This document shows, in pieces, positions 30,528 through 40,567 of a stretch of DNA of 64,000 bases. The notes under the pieces are model-generated. The model saw only the letters and a program-made list of their open reading frames with translations. It was not told where the DNA came from and ran no database searches. Source of the DNA: an uncultured bacterium (GTDB lineage Bacteria; Patescibacteriota; Patescibacteriia; UBA9570; XYC2-FULL-38-9); the NCBI GenBank assembly GCA_937996685.1, contig CALKUP010000001.1, positions 45,322 to 109,321 on the forward strand, given 5' to 3'. Positions within the stretch are counted from its first letter, which is position 1; every line of letters starts with the position of its first letter. A program made the position numbers and the translations under genes.

Positions 30528-30887
30528 ATGGAATTACAAGAACTCAAAGCAATCGTTGAAGAACACAACGCAATGCTTTCAACAGGAAAAATCGTTGATA
30601 CATACACAAAGTACTACGGTGAAAATGTGAGCATGCAAGAAAACTTGGATGCGCCAACTGTTGGTTTTGAAGCAAACCTTGAACGTGAAAAAGCGTTTGA
30701 AGGTAGCATTGTTGCTGTGCACGAAATCACTCCAGTGGCTGTTGCATACGGAGAAAACGGTCTCGTCATGTCACAATGGGTGTACAAGTTTACTCACAAA
30801 GAATGGGGTGAAGTAACAATGGCACAAGTTGCTGTTCAACAATGGGAAAATGGAAAAATTGTTAAAGAACAATTCTTCCACGCATAA
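30528..30887 (+). CDS. NTF2/SnoaL-like small protein
   Basis: About 120 aa with a ketosteroid-isomerase-like pattern (ending ...KEQFFHA). Start is at the internal ATG; the assignment is weak. Confidence 0.4.
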   Translation: MELQELKAIVEEHNAMLSTGKIVDTYTKYYGENVSMQENLDAPTVGFEANLEREKAFEGSIVAVHEITPVAVAYGENGLVMSQWVYKFTHKEWGEVTMAQVAVQQWENGKIVKEQFFHA

Positions 30888-30940
30888 AGAGAGGTCTCTT
30901 TAGAAAAAAGCCGTACAAGAGTGTGCGGCTTTTTTTGTGT

Positions 30941-31579
30941 TTACGAATTTTCTTGGTCGCGCCTTTTTTTGAATATATAGATAAATATCGCAATGATCAG
31001 CAGGAGAATAATTCCGTATCCAATAGTTTCAAAGCTGTCTAAGTCATTATTGATATTTTCGAGAGCTTGAGTTCCGGTAAATCCTAAATAGAGATAAAAA
31101 ATATTACGCACCCATAATCCTGCTGCACTACTGATGAGGTATGTTTTGAGGTCTAATTGTAATATTCCGGCCGCAAACGAAACTGGCGCGGTTGGAACAA
31201 TTGGAGTCGCGCGCAGTAAAAATAATGCGACAGCATCTTTCGGGCCCTGCCCTAATTTTTCACTCATTGCAAGAATTTGCTTTTGACTGACGCCAATGTA
31301 TTTACCCCATTGTCCGACAAGAACGGCGTTCAGCAAATGTGCGAATTTATAAATAATATACCCACCGATGCTTTTTCCAACAGCACCAACGAAGGCAAGA
31401 AAAAAGAGGAGTACGTACGCATGGCCTTGTGATTTTGCGAGTGAGCCGCCAAGTGTCATGACTAATGGTGACGGAATTGGTGCGATCAACTCTTCAATAA
31501 ACGCCCCGCTAAAAACAAATAGAGGTAGCGGAATTATTTCGGAGAGTGAATAGAGGTTTGTAATGAAAAAATCAATCAT
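30941..31579 (-). CDS. DedA/TVP38-family membrane protein
   Basis: EIIPLPLFVFSGAFIEELIAPIPSPLVMTLGGSLA... matches the DedA motif pattern and the protein has several TM helices. Start is at the internal ATG (MIDFFITNLY). Confidence 0.7.
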   Translation of the reverse strand: MIDFFITNLYSLSEIIPLPLFVFSGAFIEELIAPIPSPLVMTLGGSLAKSQGHAYVLLFFLAFVGAVGKSIGGYIIYKFAHLLNAVLVGQWGKYIGVSQKQILAMSEKLGQGPKDAVALFLLRATPIVPTAPVSFAAGILQLDLKTYLISSAAGLWVRNIFYLYLGFTGTQALENINNDLDSFETIGYGIILLLIIAIFIYIFKKRRDQENS

Positions 31580-31705
31580 AGTATATATTATTGTAACACA
31601 CTGTACAGCACTTTTTCCGTACACACAATATTGTTTTCTTTGGTAAATCCCGCTAGGATGAATAAACACACTGAATCAATAGTGTGCTCATTCCAAGGAC
31701 AAAGC

Positions 31706-32398
31706 ATGACAAATGAATTGCCACAGTGGGACCCGAGCGTGACGGTGTTTTCGCGTTCGCAGCGCCCGACTCGTGACGAGGTTGAGGCAATGGCCCAGAT
31801 GATGGGCCTGGGCTTTCAGAGCTCTCGCTTGATGCAGCATTGGGCTGGCGACACGAGCGTTTCCGGCATCGTCGAGTTGATGCGGATGACGTTGTGGGCG
31901 GGTCTTCGATATGGCTGGGTCGCGACGACCTGGGACGACAGTGTCCCGACGGCGGTTTCTGTCTGGATTCCGCCGGGCGTGCGTGTGCCTGCGTGGTGGC
32001 AGGCGAGCTTGCTTCCGAGCATGGTCCGACAGTTTGGACTCACTCAAGCCTGCTTGATCCTCCGAGACCTCATCGTTTTAGACGGTGTGCATTCCGCGGC
32101 TGATCGGGAGATCGGAGAGCATGCCTATCTGCTCACGATTGTCACGCATCCGGGCTATCGACGCCAAGGACACTTCGCGCGCCTGATGATGCCGGTGGTG
32201 GACTGGTGCGATCACGTGGGCTGCGCTGCGTACCTCGAGTCCGATGACACCGGCGAGTCTGATCCTGATAAATGGAACAGATATCGTTACAGGAACTTCG
32301 GTTTTCGGTTGTACGGCAACGGAATTCCAGTTAGCGCAGAAGCACTGCGCTTGCTCTACCCGGCAATGATTCGCCCGAAACGCCCACAGCATTCCTGA
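31706..32398 (+). CDS. GNAT-family N-acetyltransferase, GC-rich and likely horizontally acquired
   Basis: Acetyl-CoA binding motif A LLTIVTHPGYRRQGHFARLM. The segment is clearly GC-rich relative to flanks and abuts tRNA-Ser. Confidence 0.6.
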   Translation: MTNELPQWDPSVTVFSRSQRPTRDEVEAMAQMMGLGFQSSRLMQHWAGDTSVSGIVELMRMTLWAGLRYGWVATTWDDSVPTAVSVWIPPGVRVPAWWQASLLPSMVRQFGLTQACLILRDLIVLDGVHSAADREIGEHAYLLTIVTHPGYRRQGHFARLMMPVVDWCDHVGCAAYLESDDTGESDPDKWNRYRYRNFGFRLYGNGIPVSAEALRLLYPAMIRPKRPQHS

Positions 32399-32441
32399 TG
32401 AGGGGTGTGGTTGTTCCGGGTTCTTTTTTTATTCAAATATG

Positions 32442-32526
32442 CGGAGAGGGAGGGATTCGAACCCTCGGTATCTTGCGATACAACGCTTTTCGAGAGCGCC
32501 ACATTCAACCGCTCTGCCACCTCTCC
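32442..32526 (-). tRNA. tRNA-Ser (anticodon CGA), long variable arm, CCA not encoded
   Basis: Reverse complement reads GGAGAGG-TG-GCAGAGCGGTTGAATGTG-GCGCT-CTCGAAA-AGCGT-variable arm-GAGGGTTCGAATCCCTC-CCTCTCC-G. Frame checked against the antisense track ORF. Confidence 0.8.
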
Positions 32527-32600
32527 ATGTTCACGCGGTTTATACAGACTAACGCCCAGGCGCGGTTGCGTCAAATAGTGAAATTACGTAGTATAGGTGC

Positions 32601-32945
32601 ATGAAAAAACAACAACCATTAAAAGGTGTGAAAAACGTTGTCGGTGGATTTTTTGAGTTCATCCGAGAACAAGGCGTTGTCAGTCTTGCTGTTGGTTTTA
32701 TTCTCGGTGGCTCAATCACAAAACTTGTGACTGCACTTGTGAACGATATTATTACTCCAACAATTGGTATTTTTATCGGCTCAGTCAAAACATTAAATGA
32801 TGCAAAGTGGATAGTTGGGAACGCGGAAATTCTCTGGGGAAATTTTGCAGCAACAACGATTGATTTTATCGTCGTCGCATTTGTTGTGTATGTTGGGGTA
32901 AAGATTTTCGGCATTGATAAAATCGATAAGAAAAAAGAAAAATAA
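32601..32945 (+). CDS. mscL: large-conductance mechanosensitive channel
   Basis: FFEFIREQGVVSLAVGFILGGSITKLVTALVNDIITP is the MscL signature; 114 aa. Confidence 0.85.
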   Translation: MKKQQPLKGVKNVVGGFFEFIREQGVVSLAVGFILGGSITKLVTALVNDIITPTIGIFIGSVKTLNDAKWIVGNAEILWGNFAATTIDFIVVAFVVYVGVKIFGIDKIDKKKEK

Positions 32946-32946
32946 G

Positions 32947-33501
32947 ATGAGTACACAGACTGATTGGGCAGTGCGAATGCATGACCAGTATACACATCAG
33001 TATCCGGAGGTTGTTGCAAGCGTGCAGCGGGTGTTACGTGATATTTCAGCGACTTCTCATTTTTATGACCACGTAAAATTTTGTTATTGGGTCGGCAAGT
33101 CAAACGGCGAGCAGTTACAAGAAGATATCGACGTCCTTGATATTGTCCAAAATATATTGATTGTTGAATTTTTATTTCGAGAATGTGAGTTGTTGCCAAT
33201 GGTTGCGGACGAAGCAGCGGAAGATAGAACGGGAGCGTTGGTTGAATATCAAGAAGTGATGAATGCGTCTCCATGGGCTCGTTCGCAAACCGGTTGGATG
33301 TCGATTGATGATGAGTCATATGCGGCATTGCATTTGTTTCCGGAGGTATTACGCGATGGTGTGGTTGCACCGTTATTGCCAAAAGACGCAGACCAGCAGG
33401 AGTATGATCACGTCGACGGTTTTTTTATTGCGTACGGTTCTGATCAGCCAGTAAAAAAAGGACTCACACTGAGTGAGTGGGAGTCCTGGATGGTACAATA
33501 A
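32947..33501 (+). CDS. hypothetical protein
   Basis: 184-aa ORF immediately after mscL with no recognised motif. Confidence 0.4.
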   Translation: MSTQTDWAVRMHDQYTHQYPEVVASVQRVLRDISATSHFYDHVKFCYWVGKSNGEQLQEDIDVLDIVQNILIVEFLFRECELLPMVADEAAEDRTGALVEYQEVMNASPWARSQTGWMSIDDESYAALHLFPEVLRDGVVAPLLPKDADQQEYDHVDGFFIAYGSDQPVKKGLTLSEWESWMVQ

Positions 33502-33504
33502 ATA

Positions 33505-35871
33505 TTAAGAAGTTCTCGGTTTTGCCTTGGTAATTCTGATACTCAAACCAGTGCGCAGCGTGTGCTTTGGTGGTGTGTGTTGTCGGCTACGAGTTTTGTC
33601 GCCGCCCCCGACTCGATGTCGATAGATGTTGCGAAGATCTTCTCCATACACTGAAACAGGGAATAAGGCTTCCATTGCAGATCGAACCCCTTGGGTGTCA
33701 AATAAGCGTCGCATGGAGCGAGTTTTGTCGTCTTCTTTTTTGTCTTCAAAGTCATCTTCGCCGCCATAGAACTCTAAGGTTTCTGTGTCTCTTGTTTCTT
33801 CAATGACACGCATGCCTGGAACAAAAATTTGGTACTCCTTGTATTGTTTTTTGCCATCTGGCCGAGTGACTTCAAGGTCAAATTTTGCCATACGAATTTT
33901 TCCTTTACCTCCTCCGCCCGAACTGTCAAAGCCTTCACCAGGAAGTGGCAGGGGCTTGTAGTTGATAATCCGCGCAGGTATGCCTTTTTCATTTGCAACG
34001 CGCAACATCCCTTCAATAAGATAGGCAATTTGTTTTTGAGTCTTTATTTTTTCTAGTGGGTTATTACGCGCATCAAGTACCTTGCCGCCTGTTTGAATTG
34101 TTACGTATTCAATATTGCTAATATTGTCTTCTGGAACAATGTCAAAGACATAGGCTGATCGATTCGCGTCGTCTAAAAATTCCTGAGCTGTGCGATTGTC
34201 CCCGCGAGATCGATCTCGTGCGATTACTTTTCGCAGTGCTTGAGCGAGGCTTTTTGGTGGGCTCCACATTTGCACTGGGAATTCTTCGCGTCGAGGTCCG
34301 AGCACTAGCGCACGAGCGCCGCGACCAGAATCAGTGGCCACTTTCAAGAGGCTTTGTTCAATTGTGCGAAAAAGTTGCGTGCCAAGAGCGACGATTTCTT
34401 GTTGCGCTTGGTCTACTTCTGTCATGAGAAGCATTAAAATCAGTTTGCGTTTGGCTTCCCACAAGACAACGCCTCGATTTTCAGCGGACGGGAGGTGGGA
34501 GAGTGCTATTTCTGGCTGAAAGATAATTTCTAGCAATTGATCAACGTCCAGGCCACGAATTTCTTCTGCAACCGAGATAACAACTGGTTCACTGCCTGCT
34601 ACTTCAACGCCTGACGCTTGTTGTTGGAGCATCTCAAAAAATCCATCAACATCATTTGTGTGTCGATTAATGTCTGCCAATCGGTTGGTTGGCAGGAGTC
34701 CGCGATCATATAGCTCTTGAGTGAGTTGCTGTCCATTGCCATAATGTTTCGATGTTGTGTCTAGCGTATATGCGCGCACTGTCCCGACAATTTTTAATAA
34801 CCGAGCAGCTTGTGGGTTTTTTAATAAAATCCGCAGCTCTGTTGTGTCGAGCTTTTTGTCACCTGCAAGGAGTGGAAAAATCAGACTAATTGATGGAATG
34901 CCTTTGCCGGATTCAATGTCAAAATGCTCCGCAACGTTCTCGAGCACGCCCTCTGTATTTGAGTATTCCAGTGCTTGTCGAATATCTTGAATGTCAGCGT
35001 CTGTTGTTTCAATAATCTCGCTCCATAGCTCCTTTGTTTGGTGTATTGCGGCCACCGTGTCGTTATCGAGCGATGTCTCTGAACCAGCGAGCAGTGTTTT
35101 TAGCAGTGCCTTTGCTTCCGGCATTCGAGTGCGCGCCGCCGCAAGTGCGGGCCGAAGCGCGTCATTTTTCATTCGTGAATCTTCCGGTCGTGTTCCATAC
35201 AAAAGATAGTCGAGTACTTTCAGTTTTTTAATCGCTTCCATGCGAGCAAAATAATAACTTGCAAGCTGATGAACTTCGTGAACGGAATCGTCTTCAGTTG
35301 TGACGTCAGCTCGATTGTCTGCGTTGTATTGCATATGTTCAACCAGTGATACTTCTCGTCCATTGAGTGCAACTGAACCATTGATAACGAGGTCTTTGTA
35401 TTGCGACGGGGTGAGATAGGCAAAGCTCGCAATTTTATCTTCTGCTTGATCGAGTGGATACATGCTGTCTCCAGGAAGCAGTCGGCCGAGACAGTAACGA
35501 GCAACTTGCGTTCGCCGCTCTTCGGTCGCTTTATGGGTAAACGTGTATTGTTGTTCTACGGGAAGTTCAACCAGTCGATCCCGCTTTGTTTTTGCATGGG
35601 TTTCTTCAATCATTTCTCGAAGTGCCGCATCGATTACAGATTCACTGAATTGACCGTTTGGTTTTCGTTCGCGACCACCGCCAACGGGCATTAACAGTCC
35701 ATTTGCGTTTGCGCCACCCTTGATTGTCATGACCATTCGAGTGAGCTCTACTGTTTTTGGATCCGCGTCATCAGGAAGCATGTCTGGATTTGCTGATTGA
35801 AATAACAATACACGCACAACTTCATTTGGTGTTGGCTCTGTTTCAATTGGTTTGCGTTTTTCGAGTGACAT
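33505..35871 (-). CDS. large hypothetical protein, about 789 aa, with an N-terminal NUDIX-like motif
   Basis: GQFSESVIDAALREMIEETHA fits the E-x7-REUxEE core of the NUDIX box. The remaining ~650 aa are unassigned. Start is at the internal ATG (MSLEKRKP). Confidence 0.45.
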   Translation of the reverse strand: MSLEKRKPIETEPTPNEVVRVLLFQSANPDMLPDDADPKTVELTRMVMTIKGGANANGLLMPVGGGRERKPNGQFSESVIDAALREMIEETHAKTKRDRLVELPVEQQYTFTHKATEERRTQVARYCLGRLLPGDSMYPLDQAEDKIASFAYLTPSQYKDLVINGSVALNGREVSLVEHMQYNADNRADVTTEDDSVHEVHQLASYYFARMEAIKKLKVLDYLLYGTRPEDSRMKNDALRPALAAARTRMPEAKALLKTLLAGSETSLDNDTVAAIHQTKELWSEIIETTDADIQDIRQALEYSNTEGVLENVAEHFDIESGKGIPSISLIFPLLAGDKKLDTTELRILLKNPQAARLLKIVGTVRAYTLDTTSKHYGNGQQLTQELYDRGLLPTNRLADINRHTNDVDGFFEMLQQQASGVEVAGSEPVVISVAEEIRGLDVDQLLEIIFQPEIALSHLPSAENRGVVLWEAKRKLILMLLMTEVDQAQQEIVALGTQLFRTIEQSLLKVATDSGRGARALVLGPRREEFPVQMWSPPKSLAQALRKVIARDRSRGDNRTAQEFLDDANRSAYVFDIVPEDNISNIEYVTIQTGGKVLDARNNPLEKIKTQKQIAYLIEGMLRVANEKGIPARIINYKPLPLPGEGFDSSGGGGKGKIRMAKFDLEVTRPDGKKQYKEYQIFVPGMRVIEETRDTETLEFYGGEDDFEDKKEDDKTRSMRRLFDTQGVRSAMEALFPVSVYGEDLRNIYRHRVGGGDKTRSRQHTPPKHTLRTGLSIRITKAKPRTS

Positions 35872-35928
35872 GTAAAAAAATGATGATCTTATTGCTTTTT
35901 TACCATATTTTCGGCAGTATAACAATGA

Positions 35929-37179
35929 ATGAAAAAACATAATCTCATTATTATTGGCGGCGGCGCATCTGGCTTGATGGCGGCTGTTGTGGTTGCTCGG
36001 CGAGGACAGCGCGTTTTGATTTTGGAAAAGAACGCCGTTGTTGGGCAAAAGCTCGCGATTACTGGCGGTGGGCGCTGTAACATTACAAATCTGCAAACAG
36101 ATCGACATGCGCTGCTAGCAAATTACGGCGCAGCGAGTAAATTTTTATTTTCTCCGTTCGCGCAGTTTTCAAATGAAGATACCGTTGAATTTTTTGAAGA
36201 GCTTGGACTCCCAATAAAAGTCGAGGCCAACAATCGTGCCTTCCCAGTTTCGGAATCCGCGCCAGATGTTGTTCGTGTGCTCAAAGAAGAGTGTGTGCGG
36301 CTCGGTGTCGAAATTCGGACACACGCGACTGTGAAACAGATTGAAAGTGCAAACGGCGCAATCACAGGAGTTGTGTGCGGCGGAGAAGTGCTGGTTGCAG
36401 ATTCGTATCTGCTTGCGACAGGCGGAAATTCACGCCCGGAAACAGGGTCAACCGGTGATGGATTTGCATGGTTGAAAGACCTTGAGCACACCGTTGTTGC
36501 GCCAACTCCAACGCTGGTGCCGTGGCTTTGTGCGGATAGCTGGACGAAACAAGCCTCTGGAGTGACACTAGAAAATGCCGCGCTGACAGTATTTGTGAAT
36601 GGTGCGAAAAAGGTTCGCAAAGTGGGGAATATATTGTGTACACACCAGGGCTTGTCTGGTCCGCTGATTTTGAATACATCCGGAGAGATTGCGCAGCCGC
36701 TTGCAGCTGGCGCAGCGGTCTCAGCGACAATTGATTTGTTTCCGACACTCGATCATGGAGCGCTTGATGCACAGCTTCTTGAATTGTTTGCGCTCGCGCC
36801 AAGCAAGCAAGTAAAAAATATTTTGACCGGACTTATTCCAGCGACACTTGTTCCGTCGGTGTTGTCGTTACTTGCAGCGAAGCAGACAGAAGATATCGCA
36901 GCCTTGACTGCAAGTGTGCTGCATCGCGAACAGCGTCGTGCGCTTGTGCAATTACTGAAGGCGATGCCAGTGACGGTTTCTGGCTTGGCAGGTTTTGAAA
37001 AGGCGATTGTGGCTGACGGTGGAGTCGCGCTAGAAGAAATTGATATGAAAACGATGCGCTCTAAAAAAATCAGCAATTTGTTTGTGACTGGAGATTTGTT
37101 ACATATCAATCGACCATCTGGTGGTTTTTCGTTGCAACTGTGTTGGACAACCGGTTTTGTTGCGGGGACGCATTGTTGA
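35929..37179 (+). CDS. HI0933-family flavoprotein (BaiN/aminoacetone-oxidase-like FAD enzyme)
   Basis: GGGASGLMAAV Rossmann motif, then EKNAVVGQKLAITGGGRCNITN, which is typical of the HI0933-like family; 416 aa. Confidence 0.75.
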   Translation: MKKHNLIIIGGGASGLMAAVVVARRGQRVLILEKNAVVGQKLAITGGGRCNITNLQTDRHALLANYGAASKFLFSPFAQFSNEDTVEFFEELGLPIKVEANNRAFPVSESAPDVVRVLKEECVRLGVEIRTHATVKQIESANGAITGVVCGGEVLVADSYLLATGGNSRPETGSTGDGFAWLKDLEHTVVAPTPTLVPWLCADSWTKQASGVTLENAALTVFVNGAKKVRKVGNILCTHQGLSGPLILNTSGEIAQPLAAGAAVSATIDLFPTLDHGALDAQLLELFALAPSKQVKNILTGLIPATLVPSVLSLLAAKQTEDIAALTASVLHREQRRALVQLLKAMPVTVSGLAGFEKAIVADGGVALEEIDMKTMRSKKISNLFVTGDLLHINRPSGGFSLQLCWTTGFVAGTHC

Positions 37180-37239
37180 ATAGAATAAGAAAATGTTCGG
37201 GCCGCCGACGGTGAAGTCAGCAGCCCGGGTGAGCGAGGG

Positions 37240-37539
37240 TCAGTCCTTGAACTCGACCCAGCCAACGCCAGTGTTGGCGTTGTAGTAGGCGGTATAGCCC
37301 GGCTCGGGCACAACACGCTCCGCCGTCATCCAGCCGGTGCCCTCGAACAAAAACATGCCGGGCGAACCAGACTCGTACGCCAGCTCCATGATGCGGAGGG
37401 AAGCAGGACCGGCCGAGGTCATGAAAACCACTGCGCCGGGGGTAGGTGCGTAGGCTTCGAGAAAGCCGAACGCGACTCCCTGAGCCGGGGGGTTGTGGAG
37501 ACTTGAGACAATGTTGAGTCGTGTCAATGGGCACCTCAT
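37240..37539 (-). CDS. hypothetical protein in a GC-rich islet
   Basis: ORF in a strongly GC-rich approximately 400-bp segment between the HI0933 gene and proS. No motif was found and the start is uncertain (track ORF 37240..37602). Confidence 0.25.
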   Translation of the reverse strand: MRCPLTRLNIVSSLHNPPAQGVAFGFLEAYAPTPGAVVFMTSAGPASLRIMELAYESGSPGMFLFEGTGWMTAERVVPEPGYTAYYNANTGVGWVEFKD

Positions 37540-37658
37540 TACGGTTTGTTGTGATCGTCTGGCACCGTAAAACCAGACCGCTGAAAATACCATATTTTCC
37601 ATAAAAGGTCAATGCATTTGGGTTGAACTCTGGCGAAAACGTGGTAGTATGAATTTCT

Positions 37659-39089
37659 ATGAAAAAGACAACAATTACTCCTCAAAGTGACAATTTTGCT
37701 GACTGGTATCAAGATGTGGTGCGAGAAGCGGATTTGGCTGAAAGTTCAGAAGTGCGCGGTTGTGGCATTGTGAAGCCCTATGGCTATAAAATCTGGGATT
37801 TAATGCGCGCTGAAATGGCTCGGTTAATCGAATCAACAGGCGCAGAAAATGTGTATTTTCCAATTTTTGTGCCGATGGCAAATTTAGAAGCTGAAGAAGA
37901 TCATGTGGAAGGCTTTGCTCCTGAGCTCGCAGTTGTGACACATGGTGGAGGCAAAGAGCTTAAAGAAAAGCTCGCAGTGCGCCCAACGTCTGAAGCAGCG
38001 ATGTACCCGACCTATGCAAAATGGATTCAAAGTTATCGTGATTTACCACTCCGTTTAAATCAATGGTGCAATGTCGTGCGGTGGGAAAAACGACCTCGCG
38101 CATTTATTCGTTGGAGTGAGTTCCAATGGCAAGAAGGCCACAGTGCATTTGCGACCGAAGCGGAAGCTCGTGCTGAGGTGTGGCAGATGTTGGATTTATA
38201 TGAGCAGGTCTATAAATTTATGGCTATTCCTGTGTTTCAAGGTCGAAAATCTGAAGTAGAAAAATTTGCTGGCGCAGAAATGACAACAACCGTTGAAATT
38301 ATGGTTCGTGACGGAAAAGCAATTCAAGGTGCGACGAGTCATTATCTTGGAACAAATTTTGCAAAAGTCTTCGACGTGAAATATCGTGGTGAAGATGAGC
38401 AAGATCATTTTGCACATCAAACCAGCTGGGGATTTGCCTGGCGGGCAGTTGGTGCGGTGATTATGGCGCATGGCGATGATCACGGTTTGCGTTTGCCGCC
38501 AAATGTCGCGCCGATTCAAATTGTGATTGTGCCGATTTACAAAGAAGAGAACAAAGATGTTGTGTTGAAATACGCGAGTGATGTTGAGGCGCAGTTGAAA
38601 GCAGCAGGAAATTTCCGTGTGAAAGTTGATCTGCGTGACAACATGAGTCCGGGTTTCAAATTCAACGAATGGGAAGTCAAAGGCGTGCCAGTGCGATTAG
38701 AAATTGGCGGCAAAGAAGCGGAAGCGGGGACAGTGACGTTGTTCCGTCGTGATTTAAATACAAAAGAAAATCTCACAGCCGACGCAGCAGTTAGCGGTAT
38801 GCAGCAATTAATGGCAGATATTCACGAGACATTATGGAATCAATTATCTGAATTCCAGGGCACACATGTTCATCGGATCGAAAGCATTGATGAGATTGGT
38901 GATCAAGTTGGTTTTTTTGAAGCCAGTTGGTCTGAAGATGTCGCGTCTGAAAAATTGTTGAAAGAAAAATATTCAATGGTGTCACGCGTGTTGCCGAAAG
39001 ACAAGATGGACGCCGCTCCAAAAAACGCGAAGTGCTTTATTACGGGCAAGGAAGCAAAACATGATTGGTTGTTTGCGAAAAGCTACTAA
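37659..39089 (+). CDS. proS: prolyl-tRNA synthetase, archaeal/eukaryotic-type
   Basis: The 476-aa class II aaRS has the archaeal-type N-terminus SDNFADWYQDVVREADL and no bacterial-type INS editing domain. It has the C-terminal Zn-binding-type extension. Confidence 0.85.
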   Translation: MKKTTITPQSDNFADWYQDVVREADLAESSEVRGCGIVKPYGYKIWDLMRAEMARLIESTGAENVYFPIFVPMANLEAEEDHVEGFAPELAVVTHGGGKELKEKLAVRPTSEAAMYPTYAKWIQSYRDLPLRLNQWCNVVRWEKRPRAFIRWSEFQWQEGHSAFATEAEARAEVWQMLDLYEQVYKFMAIPVFQGRKSEVEKFAGAEMTTTVEIMVRDGKAIQGATSHYLGTNFAKVFDVKYRGEDEQDHFAHQTSWGFAWRAVGAVIMAHGDDHGLRLPPNVAPIQIVIVPIYKEENKDVVLKYASDVEAQLKAAGNFRVKVDLRDNMSPGFKFNEWEVKGVPVRLEIGGKEAEAGTVTLFRRDLNTKENLTADAAVSGMQQLMADIHETLWNQLSEFQGTHVHRIESIDEIGDQVGFFEASWSEDVASEKLLKEKYSMVSRVLPKDKMDAAPKNAKCFITGKEAKHDWLFAKSY

Positions 39090-39168
39090 GCAATTTGCAT
39101 ACGTTTGAAAAAGTACAAATAAAAGGTAGACTAGATCTATCTTTTATTTTACCTATCGCACATAACGT

Positions 39169-40002
39169 ATGATCTCTATGAATCACAATAAAACAGTGTT
39201 TATTACCGGCGCATCTAGCGGTATTGGCAAAGCTGCTGCCGAAGAATTTTTAAAAAATGGTTGGAACGTTGTCGCGACAATGCGCTCGAAAGAGAAGGGC
39301 GCAGAGCTCGCCGCGCACCCAAATTGCTTGATTGTTGAGCTTGATGTTGGCCGCGCCGACACTGTGACGGCCGGCGTTGCTGCAGCCATTGAGCGATTCC
39401 AAAAGATTGATGTGCTGGTGAATAACGCGGGGTATGCGCTCACCGGTCCATTTGAAACCATGGATGATGCCGCGATTGCGCAACAGTTTGATACGAATGT
39501 GCTCGGGCTGATGCGGATGACAAAAGCAGTGTTGCCGCAGATGCGCGCAAACGGCGGCGGCATAATTATCAATATCGCATCAATGGGCGGACGAGTAACG
39601 TTTCCGCTCTATAGTGTCTATCATGGAACAAAATTTGCGGTCGAAGGTTTTACGGAATCGTTGCAATTTGAACTTGCGCCTCAAAACATTCGTGTGAAAT
39701 TGATCGAGCCGGGTGCGATTAAAACGGATTTTTATTCACGCTCAATGGCGCATTCAAACGCTGATGGTATTGCAGAATATGAAGCTCTCTTAGCAAAAGC
39801 CATGCCAGTGTTAAATACCGCGGGCGCAAACGGCACAAGCCCAAGTGTTGTCGCACAAACTATTGTCCAGGCAGCAAACGACAATTCTCAAAAATTACGC
39901 TACCCAGTTGGTCAAAATTCTCGCTTATTATTATTTGTTCACGCAATTGTTCCGCAGCGTCTGTACGCAGCGCTTATCCGTTTGTATTTTCGAATTTCAT
40001 AA
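39169..40002 (+). CDS. short-chain dehydrogenase/reductase (SDR)
   Basis: TGASSGIGKA cofactor motif, NNAG and YxxxK (YHGTKFAVEG). Confidence 0.8.
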   Translation: MISMNHNKTVFITGASSGIGKAAAEEFLKNGWNVVATMRSKEKGAELAAHPNCLIVELDVGRADTVTAGVAAAIERFQKIDVLVNNAGYALTGPFETMDDAAIAQQFDTNVLGLMRMTKAVLPQMRANGGGIIINIASMGGRVTFPLYSVYHGTKFAVEGFTESLQFELAPQNIRVKLIEPGAIKTDFYSRSMAHSNADGIAEYEALLAKAMPVLNTAGANGTSPSVVAQTIVQAANDNSQKLRYPVGQNSRLLLFVHAIVPQRLYAALIRLYFRIS

Positions 40003-40015
40003 TAGATAGACACAT

Positions 40016-40567
40016 ATGATGACAGATGCAGAATTAACTTGGAAAAAAGTGAGTGAAGAAGCCTATCTGGCTCGCGGTGGATTTCGTCGTTTGATGACAC
40101 GGAATTTTCTATTACCAAATGGAAAAGAAGTGGTAATGGACATCACAAATACACAAACTGTTGTGCAGGTGATTGCGTTTACGGATGATGAGCATTTGTT
40201 GATCGTTGATCAATACCGACCAGGTCCCGAGGCAATCATGTCGGATATTCCAGGTGGATATGTTGAAGATTCAGAAGACGTTGCTGTTGCTGCTGAGCGT
40301 GAACTTCTTGAAGAGACGGGCTACGTGCCGTCACAAATTAAGCTCATTGGTGAAACAAGGCCAGATGGGTATTCAACATTGCGTAAATATACATTTCTCG
40401 CAACAGGCTGCAAAAAGGTTTCTGAGCAATCGTTAGATGACAATGAATTTTTGCGAGTTCGAGAAATTTCATTGACTGATTATGTGGCAATAGCAGCTCA
40501 GGCGCAAACAAGTAGCAGTGTTGATGGGCTGTTCCACTATTTTCATTATATCGGAAAAATTCTATGA
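40016..40567 (+). CDS. NUDIX hydrolase
   Basis: Canonical NUDIX box PGGYVEDSEDVAVAAERELLEETGYV. Confidence 0.8.
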   Translation: MMTDAELTWKKVSEEAYLARGGFRRLMTRNFLLPNGKEVVMDITNTQTVVQVIAFTDDEHLLIVDQYRPGPEAIMSDIPGGYVEDSEDVAVAAERELLEETGYVPSQIKLIGETRPDGYSTLRKYTFLATGCKKVSEQSLDDNEFLRVREISLTDYVAIAAQAQTSSSVDGLFHYFHYIGKIL

